The notes: generated by a model not told the origin, from the sequence alone. A stretch of DNA of 64,000 nt from Callorhinchus milii (GCF_018977255.1 NW_024704743.1:51276001-51340000); one strand, 5' to 3'; shown: positions 13,730 through 27,604, counted from the stretch's first letter. Translations and numbers: made by a program.

Positions 13730-14085
13730 TGCTTTAAAGATATTTACTTTATGTGTGTGAGCACATAACACAGCAGCAAAATTGTACACAGCACAGTCCC
13801 ATAAATAGCCATGAAGTGAATGCCTAAATTATCTAGATAATTGCTGACGGGGACCCTGGGTGAAACACTTCTCTTTTTAAATAGCAGCATGGATCTTTAC
13901 TGTATGCCTAAATCTCAGTTTAAAATCTCCACTAAAGGACAGCATCTCCAGCAACGCAGTGCTCCCCCAGGTATTGCACTGGAGCAGCAGCCTGCATTAT
14001 CAGTTCTAGTTCCAACATGAAGTTTGTACCCACAACAATCTGACCCAGAGATACGAGTGCTACCAATTGAACCAAGTTAACACCT
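13730..14085 (-). mobile_element. Old DeuSINE/SacSINE1-like SINE
   Basis: Reverse-complement head TCTGACCCAGAG...GAGTGCTACCAATTGAACC and core CAGTGCTCCC...GTATTGCACTGGAG. Confidence 0.7.
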
Positions 14086-14160
14086 TAGCAGTGTTATAAT
14101 ATTCTCAGAAGTATAAAAATAGAAAGAAACAACACCAGATGATTTGATATAATTACATTT

Positions 14161-14907
14161 GTTAGCTTGGCTCAATTGGTAACACTTTCACTTCTGAGTT
14201 AAAGGTTGTGGGTTTAAGCTTCTCATTGGGATTCTGAACTCACAGACTGGGCTGTCACTTTAATATAATAACTGGGCAACTTATCTATATATGTGTGAAC
14301 GGTTACTTTTGAAAAGAGGAGCTTCTCCCAATGTCATTGGACTTCAATCCCTGAGATAAAATCCCTGAGGAATCCTATAGCTCTGTAGTTAGAGCACTCG
14401 CCTTGCAAGCGAGAGATCTGGGATCGATTCCCAGTAGGGTAAAACGTTAAGCAAGTTTCCTTACTCCACACACCTGATAATAATCCCTCAAGAAAAAAAA
14501 AAATTGGTCACTTCAATCCACGACTGTTTGTGGGACACTGCTGTGCGCAATTGGCTATCGCATTTTACCCACAAATATACAATCAATTCACTTTACAGAA
14601 TATTCTGTGAAGCGCTTTAAGATGTCTAGAAGACGTGAAAAGCGCTATATCAAATGCAAGGATTATTATTATAAAATTGGTTAAGAACTTCATAGTTGTT
14701 TGTGTTGTGCGCTGTCAATCACTCTGGGACAATACCCTGTGTGAGTGGCGCTATATAAATGCAAGTTGTTGTTGCGGGACTTTGCTGTGCAAAAATGTAG
14801 TTGCTGTGTTCACCTGCAAACAGGCAGATACAACACCTTTCAGTAAATCCTGTGAAGTCCTTTGAGACATTTTGATGATATGAAAAGGCACTATATCAAA
14901 TGCAACG
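14161..14907 (+). mobile_element. DeuSINE-like SINE carrying a nested young SINE and an L2 tail (about 14705-14773)
   Basis: Host head 14161-14345. Body resumes at 14673 and again at 14774, after GGCGCTATATAAATGCAAGTTGTTGTTG. Confidence 0.75.
14369..14672 (+). mobile_element. Young tRNA-derived SINE, short form
   Basis: Collinear with 6882-7208 from head to (ATT)n tail. Confidence 0.9.
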
Positions 14908-15799
14908 TTTAGTCTGATTTAGGCAACAAAATTCTTCAACAAGCTAGAGTCAAATATATTTAAAAATGCAGTTTCATTTTATATTCTGCAGCAGTTTCTT
15001 CCAATCCTTCCAGGGAGACAGTAAAGGCGAAGCAATAATAAACTGAAAGGTATGTTCATAGATTTGTTGTACTTTGATCATGTTTCTACTTGAAAAATCA
15101 ATAAAATATGGAAACAGAGCTTGGAATTTGGCCTAAAAGTTATTTTATCTAAATTAGGGTTCTTAAAGCACATTTTATAAAGGAATCCCTTTTGTGCAAT
15201 GCTTGGAGAAATCAATATTTATGAAATTGTCCAAACACTGAAGATACAGAAACTCAATCATTCCTCATTTTTTTAATTAATGAAGGAAGGGACTCACATA
15301 CTCCCAAAAGAAAGATGGTTATCATATATTTCATCTTATCGCCAGTCACGATCATCCATACATGATTGCAGGAGTCAAGCACATCAGGAAATATTTTAGC
15401 ACTTGAGTATTTCTTACAGTGATCCTGCTGTGCACATAACTTCTCACAAATATATAGACAAGTTACTTTGGATGTCAAAATCCTTCAGCATGCCTGCCTC
15501 CAGAGACTACTTGGTATGAAAACGATCCAACGCTGTCACTTTGTAAATGTATTCTTCAACATGATGGTATCACTTTGACAAAAAATCACCAATATTCATG
15601 CAGTACAGTGAACCCTGGTGAATTGTGATTGTCTTAATGCAGTAGTGTATTTTAATGGGCTATCAAGACCAACAGGAGGACAAACAGTGCTTACCTGTTG
15701 GATTAAAGATGCAGATGTACATTTTTTACAATGTGGATATTTGCTGTTTGCAATATTTTCTTGCAATCTGCAATGCTCAGTTCAGGAAAATTATACAGT

Positions 15800-15910
15800 A
15801 TAATCATAATCCTTGCATTTGAAATAGTGCCTTTTACGTTGGGAAGATATCTAAAGCACTTCTCAGGTCTATTGTAAAGTGTAGTGACTGTGTATTTTGT
15901 GGGAAAAATA
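15800..15910 (-). mobile_element. SINE 3' tail fragment
   Basis: ATAATCCTTGCATTTGAAATAGTGCC...GACTGTGTATTTTGTGGG. Confidence 0.75.
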
Positions 15911-16106
15911 CAGTAAGAAATTACTGACAGTAGCACACCTGCTGGTCATTCAAAACCCTGTGGTGATACAGTGATCTAATCCTCAGGAATCTCTTTACTT
16001 TCCTCTCAGTGATTAATTTTACATTATTAACAATACCTTCTATTGTACAGTCATATGCTGACAGCTTGGTTTGGTTGGTAACCCTCTCACCTCTATCTGA
16101 GTATAT

Positions 16107-16478
16107 TAATAATAATCCTTGCATTTGATATAGCGCCTTATCATGTCTTCTAGATGTCTCAAAGCGTTCACAGAATATACTGTAAAGTGAATTTACTGTA
16201 TATTTTGTGGGCAAAACGTGGCAGCCAATTGGATACAGCAGTGTCCCACAAACAGTCGTGAATTGAATGGCGAAATTATTATTGTGTTTTTTTGAGGGAT
16301 TATTATCCCCGGAAAAGCGATCTGCCAATCGACCAACAACCGGGTTCCTACTTACTGCTAGGTAAACAGAGGCATGTGGAGTAAGGAAACTTGCCTAACT
16401 TTTGCCCTGCTGGGAATAGAACCCAGGTCTCTCGCTTGCAAGGAGGGGAGTGCTCTAACCACTGAGCTACAGGACTCC
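16107..16478 (-). mobile_element. Young tRNA-derived SINE, long form, full length
   Basis: Same head and tail as the short form, plus an internal segment (CCGGAAAAGCGATCTGCCAATCGACCAACAACCGGG...GGTAAACAGAGG). Confidence 0.92.
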
Positions 16479-16568
16479 ACATGATGTGCGTTCAAACCTC
16501 ATGTCAAGACTTGGATTCATAGTCTGGGTAGATGCTTCATTCAGTATTGGAAGAGTGTTGCATTGTTG

Positions 16569-16912
16569 AACAACAACAACAAATTGAATTTATATAGCAC
16601 TTTTCATGTTAGGAGGATGTCCCAAGGTGTTAGATAATCGGGAGTTTGTACCCAAGCTGGGGGTTCGATTTGGGTGGGAGCTAAGGGGTTAGGGGTGGGG
16701 GTAGTAAGAAGGTGTGATCAAAGAGGAAGGCCTTGAGATAGACCTTGAAGGAGGCAAGGAAAGTGGCGAGGCAAAGGGACTCCAGGATGGAGTTCCAGAG
16801 AGTGGAGAATATAGGGCCAAAACCTGAGCACTGATTGATGTGGGGCGGGAAGAGCAGACACGTGAAGCAGTACAGTGCCTGACGAGCAGAGGGAGCTGGT
16901 TGGTAGGGTTTT
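16569..16912 (-). mobile_element. L2 LINE 3' fragment
   Basis: (AAC)n tail and body similar to 8973-9300. Confidence 0.85.
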
Positions 16913-17519
16913 AGAAGGTGTGGTCCTTCAAGTGGGTCATTAAACTAAGGCCTGTCTGTATTCAGGTAGATAATAAAGATGCCATGGCAGTATTGAAAAG
17001 AAAAGTGAGTTTCTGTTGATGTTCTGGCCAACAACAGCTTCAGATAAATTAATCATTCATCTTATGACTGTTATGTGGGACATTGCTGTTTATAAAATGT
17101 CACTGCACAGGACTGTAATGACCATCAAGCTTGAAATATTACGGATATTTTAAGAATACAAGTTCTTAATTTATTCAGTACTTGTGTGCAATTGTGCTGC
17201 CGTGTTTGGCTACGAAATACACAATCCCCTTTCGCAGTAAATCTTGGAAAGTGCTTTGAGACACCTTTCTGATGTAATCAGGGGCTATACCAAATGCAAG
17301 GATTATTATTATTATTACTTTTATTTAACTCATTTGCAGGAATGTAATTGCCAAGGTGAAACAATGTTGTGATATTATCCTTCGTGAAAAGTGCTATATA
17401 AATACAAGTCGTCATTCTTGATGCCTTTGTTGCAGTCTTTCTGCATTCCCAAACGATAATGGAATTAGCCAGTGAAGAGATAAATGGCATTAGTAATGGA
17501 TAACAACAGGATTAGCATT

Positions 17520-17915
17520 AGAAGGCGTACCTTTAAGATTATATAGCTTCAAGATGGATCCAGGTTTAGAAACACTTTTTTTCCCTCACTTCATAGTTAA
17601 TGCGTGGTACAGGTCCCCCTACCTCCAAGAGTAGGTAGAGTTAATACTGTCTCCATTAACAACTTGGAAATATTTGATAAGTACTGAGCTTGAGCACTGG
17701 AGATATTACAATAAATATAGATTGCGAGGAACATCAATTCATGGGACACAATGATTTCCTTGCTCTGGGATGGGGTAGAATTATAAATGTTATGGATGTT
17801 TTGCTTTATTACCTTTGGTATTCAGTGAGTATTTGTGCAGAACATGGTTTGTGAAAAGAGTGGCCGTGATGGACCAAATGCCCTTTACTTGATCCATGTT
17901 TCTCATGTTTTTATT
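17520..17915 (+). mobile_element. Highly decayed CR1 3' fragments
   Basis: GGTTTAGAAACACTTTTT...GTTAATGCGTGG and GATGGACCAAATGCCCTT, typical of CR1 ends. Confidence 0.5.
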
Positions 17916-18519
17916 AACACATGGAATTCCAGGTATAACCAGCTGATAAAAGTTGGAAGTTAAGTTAATGAAATAGGTAAAGTACTCCTTCAAAACTACT
18001 TATTTCAATGTTGTTTGGAGTCCAGCTGGAAAGCTAACATTCCGTTAGGAGCCTGAAAAATATCTTATGGTTTTAGTCATGACCACCATTGTCTTAAATT
18101 TAATATTGTGCAGAATTTTAGAAAATTATTCAATTTAGTCTTAATTTCTTAAAAGACCAATGAAAACATGGTTTCTAACTTGAGAATTTTTCTAAATTTT
18201 GCAGTATTAAACTGTTAAGGTAATAGTGCTGAAGGCTACAACTGTGAGAATATTTGGAACTCTAGCATGCAATGGATTTAAACTAATAACTAGGACTCAA
18301 AATCTACATCAGGTTAACCCATGCTTCGCCTTGCACACTGCCAAGGTTTGCTGTTGTGTTTGCCCATACTCCCTGCGGCCTGGCATGATTTCTACTCAAG
18401 GTAATAAGTGAGGTAATACCAGCAGTTTAGTGTTTTCCTTTGGCTACTAATTCTTTTACACAAGTGTTTGCCCTTAAGACACAAATCAATTGGCAAATTG
18501 ACTGCTCAAAGCAAAGTCA

Positions 18520-18625
18520 AGTCATACAGACCAGCCTGGGCGTTTTCAGATTTTATCCTTAATTTATTCTAAGTTGATTTTAGCTGGGGCAGCAGCAGGG
18601 GTGCTACAATTATGTCAATGGTTCA
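18520..18625 (+). mobile_element. AmnSINE2-like SINE fragment
   Basis: CATACAGACCAG...AGTTGATTTTAGCTGGGGCAGCAGCAGGGGTGCTACAATT resembles the recalled consensus and the reverse of 21940-22020. Confidence 0.55.
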
Positions 18626-21600
18626 GTATTCCAAGGTGAAACAATTTTGTCGGGAGTCACACAAATTGTCCATAGAAAGCAAACAGAACACACTTGTACC
18701 TGGAGCACTCAGGAATTACAGAGTGGGTGCCCTTATGTAGTTCAAGCACTCTGGGATGCTAACCTGCACGAGGACGCTATATAAATGCAAGTTGTTTATT
18801 TTCTGTAAAACTGTAGACATTCCCTTGTATCCTCAACAGACATTTTATTTTGTTGTGTTATGAAAACATCAACTAAAATGTAATTTCTGTAATTCCTAAT
18901 GACATGAAAAGAAAACAACTGGGATCACAATCAACAATGTTATGTTCTGCTATCCAATAGATATGGACAATATGGATGTTGTTCAGATTTTGAAATTATT
19001 TTACAATGGTTTGTTCCCTTTTCTAGATGAAGGAGGAATAAAATAAATGGATGTGCAGAACCAGAAGACAAAGATCGTAGTGCAGACATCTGTGAGTAAA
19101 GCTGATACAACAAATTAAAGAGTCTACTTAGACTTAACGTTTCACAGATTGAATGGCCTGCTTTTGTTACTATATTCCTCTGTCATTAGAGCACATTTCC
19201 TCCTTATAATCGTATTGCTCTTTTCAACATATCTCTTGCCTGTGTGAAATATCTTGTAACATCAATGTGTCATTTTAAAAAGAAATTTCAGTGGATCCTC
19301 ATAGAAACATAAACTATGTGTAGATAATCACGTTGGCCTCTACAGTTATTGCATAACAACGATTAAATTAACCAACATTTATATTTCTCAGTTTATATCT
19401 ATATAAAATTTAACCTACATATTTTTATCCAGTTTAGTAAAAATATAAATGTTTATAATTGTTGGCTGAGCAGAGTTGAATATTGTTAAAAATGTGCAGA
19501 CCTGCTTTGCTGTCCCGATAGCAATGTGTAAACAATATTTGTAATGCCAACAGCCAACAGCAAAAAAGTTCCATTTGCAACTGGAACTTTAATTTAACTT
19601 GCTTTTCTTTGTTCAGTATAAACTCTAAACAATAAGAACCTGGGAACTAATTTGTCAGTCCAACTAACTGTATTCAATTCCAATCAGTGCAGTTGCACAG
19701 GGTCATTCTCTGTTTCTTAAGTAAACAGAGTTGAATTGAATTATTTGTAGTAGATCAAGATGGACACACTTGTACTGATAGCACAACAGCAGGATCAATT
19801 GTTTTAGTGCATGCAGTAATTAATTGAGCACAATTCTATATCCCATTAAGAGGACTGACTATGAAGTCAACTGTAGTACTATATATGTATTCAGAGAAAG
19901 CATGGTTTCTAATGATGAAAGTGTGAGGTTATTTGAAGAACTTAGAACAGCGTTTATACTGGATGTAGGCAGGAAAATGAATGGTACATTTCCAAAAGTG
20001 AAGATAGAGAGATGGATTGAATAACCAGTTTTAAAATTATCAAAGTTATTATACATGTACCAGATTGACCTTCATAAAATTGAATACAGAGACAGCTTTG
20101 CTTTGAATTTAAAAAAAATGCTATACTGATGCATTGCTTGTTCAGATTCAGACTGAGACCTGGTAAAATGTTGCTTATGTCAGGAATTTCCCAAAAAATT
20201 ACTCATATCAGGTTTGCATCAAAATTGATTTTACTATAAGTGGTTAAGAAAGTACTGAAGAGTCAGTGAATTTCACCAGCACCCACAATTCGATATTGTA
20301 AGGCAAGCTAACAAAAAAAGGAAGGATGACTTTAAAAGAACTGAAACCTCATGTAAAGTCCAGCTGTCAGTACAGACTGACTTTGGTAAATGGATCAGGT
20401 AGTGAGCTTGTCAGGCAGGTCAGGGTGACTTAGATAGAAAGGCAGGCAAGGATCCCAACAGCTTGGTGATAATTCAAACAGCAGAGTCTTCCCGGCTAAC
20501 TAACATCTGCCAGACTGTTGGCCAAGAAGCTGTCAGAAACTGTCAGAAACAAATACTCTTCAGACAGAAATTTATCAGCCAGTGTCTTCTCATCTTTTTC
20601 ATGAGGCTAGCTGGATTCTGAAGACTAGCGTCCTGAAGCTCTTGCTTTTAAGGATTAATAAAGATGTTTAGAAGCTGAACTGCTGTGAGATTTTTAATTA
20701 TTCCCCATAGTACTGCCCCAGCATCTGCTGACATTTAGCCCTGACCTTCCAAATTCTCAGTAAATATTAATATATCAACTCAAACAGGGGCTGGTTTTAT
20801 TGGTTCACAGAGCTCATAGAGATTCACCACAACTGTGAAAAATAATGTGCAGTACTGAGGAAGAACAACTCCTTTGATATCACCTTCTGTTGCACACATG
20901 TGCTGTGAGCATCAACAAAATGGAAATTCTGTAACTTTGCCACAGCTGTAGAGTGACACTTCAGATGCCTTTGCTTTCCTTTGTGGGGCCTGCTGGAATA
21001 ATCTCAATACCGCAGTGGCATGAGATCAAAAACCCTCCGATTTCATTATCTGACACACTGGAAATTTTCATAGAGGACAATCTCCCATCTGATAAGCTCC
21101 CATTTATTTAATGCTGCCCCAAACAATGGCACTATTAATAAAGTCCAAAAATAAAATGTTCAGTGGATCTCCAATTACTTTCAGCACTGAAACATTTACT
21201 ATAATAACTCTACTGTTTCTTTCAATAAAAATATGAGGAGATTGTAAGTATTTCATTGCTGTCTCCCTCTCTTCCATTCAAAATGTTCTCTCCCCTCAAC
21301 CTCTGAAGCAAATAAAGTTCAAGAAAATATCACTCAATAAAACATTATAAGGTTCATCCCCCATTTCAAATAAGAAATAACACTAGGCTTTCCTGCTGCC
21401 TGAACAACAATGGTACTGATGTTGGGCAAGGACAAATGACTGAATTCATCGCTATTATTAAATTATGGTTGAGTATTTGTTATTATTATGTACGTCTTAG
21501 CAATTTGCCTTTCCTGACATCCTGCCAACAAGTCTGAGTAGGAGCAAAGGAAAGGTTCCATGTTTGAATGGATACCCACTTTATCAAGTTTTTATTTCTT

Positions 21601-21834
21601 TTTCTCACTGACTTCCTCTCCTGCCTTCCTTTCCTAAATCCATTGACCCTTTCTCCTCTTGTACTGTGGTCCAATTCCATGGGCATCGGACACTTTTTGA
21701 GATCTCAACAAAGTGGTCATTATTCATGTGTGAGTTAACATTGAATACCAGTAGAATATTTATCCATTGACTGTACAGACCTGAAGATTCAATTAGGCCC
21801 CTAGTGTGTCCTGAATTAAGGGCCAACTCCCTGA

Positions 21835-22025
21835 AGCCCAATTTTGCCCAATGTCCTCAGATGCATATTGCCAGCTAACTGGACATCGATAAAGAATGTG
21901 AACAATGGCTGAGCTCAGCTCCAACCTTGGTTGCTGATTATAATTATAGGTTCTCTAGTGCTGCCTGGCTGATATCAGCTAACTCAGCACAGACCAGGGA
22001 TCTAACCTTGAAACTCCTGATCAAC
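21835..22025 (-). mobile_element. AmnSINE2-like SINE fragment
   Basis: GGCTGATATCAGCTAACTCAGCACAGACCAGGGATCTAACC is the reverse complement of a GGTTCGATCCC-GGTCTGTGCTGAGTTAGCTGATCTCAGCC-type head. Confidence 0.6.
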
Positions 22026-24949
22026 TACTAAATGGATAAACTGACTAAACAATCAGGACAACTCCCATTATGGATTTAACAACAGATTAGTGACAATCTC
22101 TTTTAATCTGATATAAAATTGGTCATTCACTCCATGGCTCTCTGCAGAACATTGCTGTGCATAAATTGGCTGCTGCATTCACTCACGGTGTCCAAAGCGT
22201 AAAAACCTTGAGCTTGTTAATGGATTTCTAAATGTGTCAGACACCCAGATGACCAAAAAAAAGTTCCTAGATTTGTTTTAAATCAGCCTCGTAACTTAAC
22301 CAGGAAACTTGCAGATCAGCAGTGCACACAGGTTTCCAGTAATACTTAATTCAGGCCAACTGTGGTGATTCTGCTGAATTTAAGTACATTTTAGTTCACT
22401 GTTTCTTACTTTAGAATGGGACATAGTTTGGTAGTTTGATTGTTACTGACCTTATTCCCAAAATGAAATCTGCAACCATCCTTTTTTTATATTGAAACTT
22501 TCCAGTGTGACTGCAGGGATTTTTTTTGTCTCTCTGAGTATCAGAGTATGTGTATATATACTTAATATTCAGTATATTCATTTCATACACATATATACTG
22601 TGTGTGTATATATAAAGGTCTTTGCTGTAATATATCTGTTTTGCATGTTTTGTGTTTTATTTTTGCAAAGCGCCACGCAGATGTGCTGTTGTAGGATAAC
22701 GGAAAAGGAAATGAAAGTGGCAGTACAAACCTTAAGATGGGTTCACATTGCCCCAAGGCATTTTGTTCAAAGCTTCATATGGGTGTTGGGCACTTGGAGA
22801 CTTAACGGATGAATTCTCTGCATTGACCTGCCCGATTGTGAAACAAGCGTGCTTCTAGAAATGATTCCTAACCTTTCTGCTGCTATTTTTCAATTATTTT
22901 TCATAATTTTTAGCTTACCAATTCTGATATGTTCCTTACGAAAAATATCAAAGGAGAAATGCACTCATCTGAAATATAGTATGGTCTTAAATATTATAAA
23001 GGACAATCCCCTTTTCCTCTTGTTTTTTCATTATTTGTCAGAGACAGACTGGGAATAGATACAGAATCCCCTGCAGTGATATTATAAGGTTCCATCTGAG
23101 CGGTGTCTTGAATGGAGACAGTGAGCTGTGGACTGCCCTCGTGTCATTGTATAATCTCACTGTAACAAACATCATATTCAGCGACACTTCCGAGGCAACT
23201 TTAATGTATGAAAAAACAAAAAGGAAGGCATGAACTTAAAAAAAAATCAGTAAGTGTACAGATGTTAAGCAATAATTTAGATGAGCATAGGATATCTTTA
23301 ATTTCACAATTTTTTAAAATATCATCCAAGACTGCTTTTCAAAGGACAAGTGTCATATTAGGAACAACAATAACAAAAACAACTTGCATTTATATAGCCC
23401 CCTTCAGAACAAGGAAGAAACACCCCAACAGTGATTTTGTTGAGAATAAGATCTAGATGATCATGACTGATGATTGTAATTCTAAATTAGGACTAAAACA
23501 TTAGACTCATCCCAGGGAATTATGTGTCTGTGTATGTCGCATGATACATTTTACTACACGGAAGTGTGTACTATTGTTTAATATGGTCAAACTGCCTCAT
23601 ATCTCCGGCTCCACCTCTCTTCCCATCGCTTTCCGCAATGCCTTGAGAGTTCCGGATTCATAAGCAAATCTAAAATCTACTATATATAAATGTAGTACAT
23701 AAATAAAAAAATCATAAAAACTGGACTCCACAACTTTCTAAAGAGGCTACACTAACGTTATCCTGTATTTCAATTGTAAAAAAAAGTAAAAGTTTGCATA
23801 ATTTTCATTTCTTGCTTATACCATTTTTATATTTCCTGTACATTATTCCCTGGGGTATAATTATAACAGAACACTTCACCATCTCACTCCAGCATGTTTT
23901 GCCACACCCTGCAGGGAGGTAAAGCAAATGTAATGAAACACTGATATCTTATTCAGCGGTTCAAAATGTATTGTGTATTCCTGATTTCCTCAGTGCATCA
24001 CTTAAACTTTCTTGATTTAGAAATGTTTTGGTGCCAGTTGTAACTAGTGAATGAGGTTTTGTAAGGCAGTACAGTTTAAATTGCCATGGGCTTTCTGACA
24101 GGATCCTTTCATAGGAGCTTTAAACAGGGTCTCCTTCTGGTAATTGAAACTGCGTCAGAGCGACCCACAGGAACTCTACTCCGGAAGTACATCGTGTCGG
24201 AGCAGGATTCCCATGGGTTAGAGCATGATTCCCAAGAGTCATCTTGACATGGTTATGGTTACGGACAGGAATCCCAACTTGTGATTCAAGAGATATTATT
24301 GAAGAATCCTATTCTAAAACGTCATATTTTAGAACACAATATCCACTTTTATTATCATTTGCAGACCATGTTTTCATGCAAATGCACTTTATTGCCTTTT
24401 TTCTTTTCAGGTTTAACTGTGCATCAAGGATCATGAAAAGATGCTCATCAGGGAATTTTCTCAAGCCATTAATTGTGGTTATTATTCAAGGTAATCATTT
24501 TTTATTGATTCCTTCAGAACCTGTAAAACTAGTGAGAAAGAAAACTTACAAATGAAAATCAATCAAGTACAGATCATACAAGTGAAAGAATAAGTGTTCG
24601 GAGGGGCTGGAGTTTAAGAACCTTCTATGTTATCTCAATGTTCTCACATAACATATTTGTGAACAAATATCCCTGCCTGTTGCTATTCTTGTCATCTGCA
24701 AGTTAACCAATCCAAAACAATTCATGCATTATTTCCCCTTTTCAATTGGAGAAACAGCCTTTAGAATAAAATGACTGAATAATTTTACAACATGACTAGT
24801 CCCGGATGCTTGCCAAAGACAAACAGATCGTCCTGGAGTTGTTAACTTCTCCTCCTTGACACTTCTATGAATGGCAACCGTAAAATGTAATAACATATGC
24901 CCAAATTCAAAGCTGTTGCATCCAACAGCATGCCTCCTCACAGACGTTT

Positions 24950-25065
24950 CTTATACACACTCCCCATACACACTCCTCATAGACACTCCTCAAACACATT
25001 CCTAATGGCACACTCCTTACACATACTCCTCCTTGCATAAACTCCTCATGCACAATTCTCCTCAT
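24950..25065 (+). repeat. Degenerate minisatellite, unit about 12 bp (ACACTCCTCATA-like)
   Basis: ACACTCCCCATAC ACACTCCTCATAG ACACTCCTCAAAC ACATTCCTAAT... Confidence 0.85.
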
Positions 25066-25355
25066 TAAAAGAGTTTTGCAACACAGGTCTGGGAATCCAT
25101 TGTTAAGTTAGTGGGGTTGATGAAGGAATTTAGAGAGTAAAATAACAGTCAGTTTAAAATCCTAGTGCAATTTCAGAGGTGGCCCTTATTTGTGGCATAA
25201 ATAAAATTGACTATCACTGTGGAAATCTTAATTGGTCATAATATTGGGTGGCGTTCAAACCACCATTTGTTTGTTTTAGCATTTCGGTCTTAGACTGTTT
25301 GAGACAAGTGCTGATTTGCAGATGGCACATTTTGGCATAAACATGCTATATTCTA

Positions 25356-25500
25356 CAACAACAACAACAACAACTTGCATTTATATAGCGCCCTCCACAC
25401 CGAACAGCGTCTCAGAGCGCTTTACAGTTTCGGATCCTGGGATCGAGCCGGGGGAGGGGGGGGAAGGTGACCAAAGGCACGGTCGAAAACAAAGGTCTTC
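25356..25500 (-). mobile_element. L2 3' end fragment
   Basis: (ACA)nACTTGCATTTATATAGCGCCCTCCACACCG...GGTGACCAAAGGCACGGTC. Confidence 0.85.
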
Positions 25501-25624
25501 AGCAGATATTGTATTATTGGATGGGAGCAACAAGATAGTTTAAGTGCCCCCTGATGCTACCCACATGAAGGGCGCTATATAAGTACAAGTTGTTCTTGTT
25601 TTGAAAGCAGATAGGATGGAGTGA

Positions 25625-25752
25625 AACGTATTTTTGCCCACAAATGCAATCAATTCACAATCAATTTTCTTTGCAGTATCTCACTCGAGTGCTTTGAGAT
25701 GTCTCAATGAAATAATAAGGCACTATATCAAATAAAAGGATTATTACTATTA
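25625..25752 (+). mobile_element. SINE 3' tail fragment
   Basis: TTTGCCCACAAATGCAATCAATTCAC...GGCACTATATCAAATAAAAGGATTATTA. Confidence 0.75.
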
Positions 25753-27604
25753 TGAGTTAATATGATAATAAGAATCATATTTGGTATAGAGCCTTTTGTA
25801 GGATATGCTGTAATGTGGAGTGACTGTATTTTTTGTGGGTGAATATCTTGGGAACATTAAGCCTGACAAAATTAACAACCTCAGAAACATATAATAGTGC
25901 AAAAATAAAATGCAGCTTGACTGAAAGAGGTGTAGTCCCACATTTATGCTTCAAATATTCTCCTGACATCTTTAGAACCGGTTATCCTCTATCTTCACAA
26001 TTTAATCACAACATTTTGGCTGTAAAACAAAATTGATGCAGCAGAGTGGAGAGGCTGAGACCTGCAGTTGACAAATATGTTCTGAAGGTACTTTGTGGAC
26101 TGTGGTATAGATCCCTATCCTCTTCACTGATTAGCTTAGCAGTTGTAGCTATCAGCTGAAAAAAGAGTGATACATTTTGTTTTCAAAATTTTGCTTTATT
26201 GATGTTCGTAGGACACTTCACAAATATTCTGGAAGTTGATAATATACATACAGAGTGGAAATAGGAGCCAAAATAATTTGCAATTTTCCATTATTCAACA
26301 CTACACATTGCATTTCTTTCTTACATTACTCTACTCTTTTTCAGTCTGAACTTTACCAACAAGCACAACTCACTGAATGAGAGAAACAGATTGTTTTTAT
26401 TTCCTATTGAATCAATCAACTAGTTGAAACATATTAAATTAATGTAACTGAAGATTAAGAATGACTGAAAAATTTAGGCTGAAGATTTAAACAGAAGTCA
26501 CTACAAAATATCAATCCTAAACAAGTCTTTGGAATTAAATTCAAAATTTAATTTTATCTTCAGGTCTGGTTTAATTTTGGTTTTAAGATTTTTCCTTCAA
26601 TGTGATATAGTAGATGTCATTTTGTTTTAGAATCTGCATGTTTGTAGAAAATATTTGTATTGAGGTTAGAACTCCGTAGGTTAATAATATTTCCAAATGT
26701 TTTTCATGAATTCAATTCTTCAATACAAACTCTACAAATGCAAGACTTATTGCAGCAGATAGTATCAGCAAATCTTCTAATGTGAAGCAAAGGTGGAAGT
26801 TTTCTACTAAACTAGGTAACTATACTAATGTGATGCCAAAACAATGTTTGCCAATATAAGTCACTGTTTGCTTTAGACCACATTTTAACAATGCAAATAC
26901 AATACCAAAAGCTTTCTGTAATCATCTGATCTATTTTTTTGACATGTGATTGATGGGGGAAGGCAGGAGTGAATGCAGTCCACCACCACCGTGTTCTATA
27001 TTTATACAATGTCCTTGGGAGTATTGAGAAGAACATCTTATTCTGTACATAAGAAGGAGAGATTTGGTTGAATTGAGGGCCTTCTTCATCATATAGATAA
27101 TCATAAACACTCCATGTTAAACATTGACCAGCTGTAATAATATTGTGCATGTTATTCTTCAATTGACTTTTTGGATAGAGATGGGAATTGCTCCAATTGC
27201 TTCCATTCCTTGTAACCTCCCTTTACACAGTAAACCATTCTTTCTTTGAAAATATATCAAGCCTTTTCTGCAGTTACAGAGTATAGAATGAGCTGGAGAA
27301 GTATGAGACACGTAATGCAAAGATTCTTTGTGGTGTGTGTTTGTATTTTTAGATGATTTGGATCAACAGTAAAATACAGGAATCCTTATCTCCAATGATT
27401 TGTTACTTACTGTGAAGGTAAAACTGTCACCCATTTATTAAATTATTATACATGATCTTCAGATGTGGCCACCTACCCTCTTCTTCTCTCTTTGGGGAAA
27501 CATGGATACCTTTCAAGCCAATGTAAAATCAATTACAATTCCATAGGCCTGAAAATGCATATAGTCTTTGCCTGTGACACCATTTTGTCTTAAAGTTAAA
27601 GATC

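Larger units (their letters stand above)
16060..17316 (+). mobile_element. DeuSINE-like host element interrupted by a young SINE and an L2
   Basis: Host pieces at 16060-16103, 16480-16568 and 16914-17316 follow the order of the intact copy at 61598-62015. Confidence 0.7.

Noticed and set aside
24950..25065. CRISPR-like array
   Set aside because: Short degenerate tandem units with no unique spacers in a vertebrate genome; a minisatellite.
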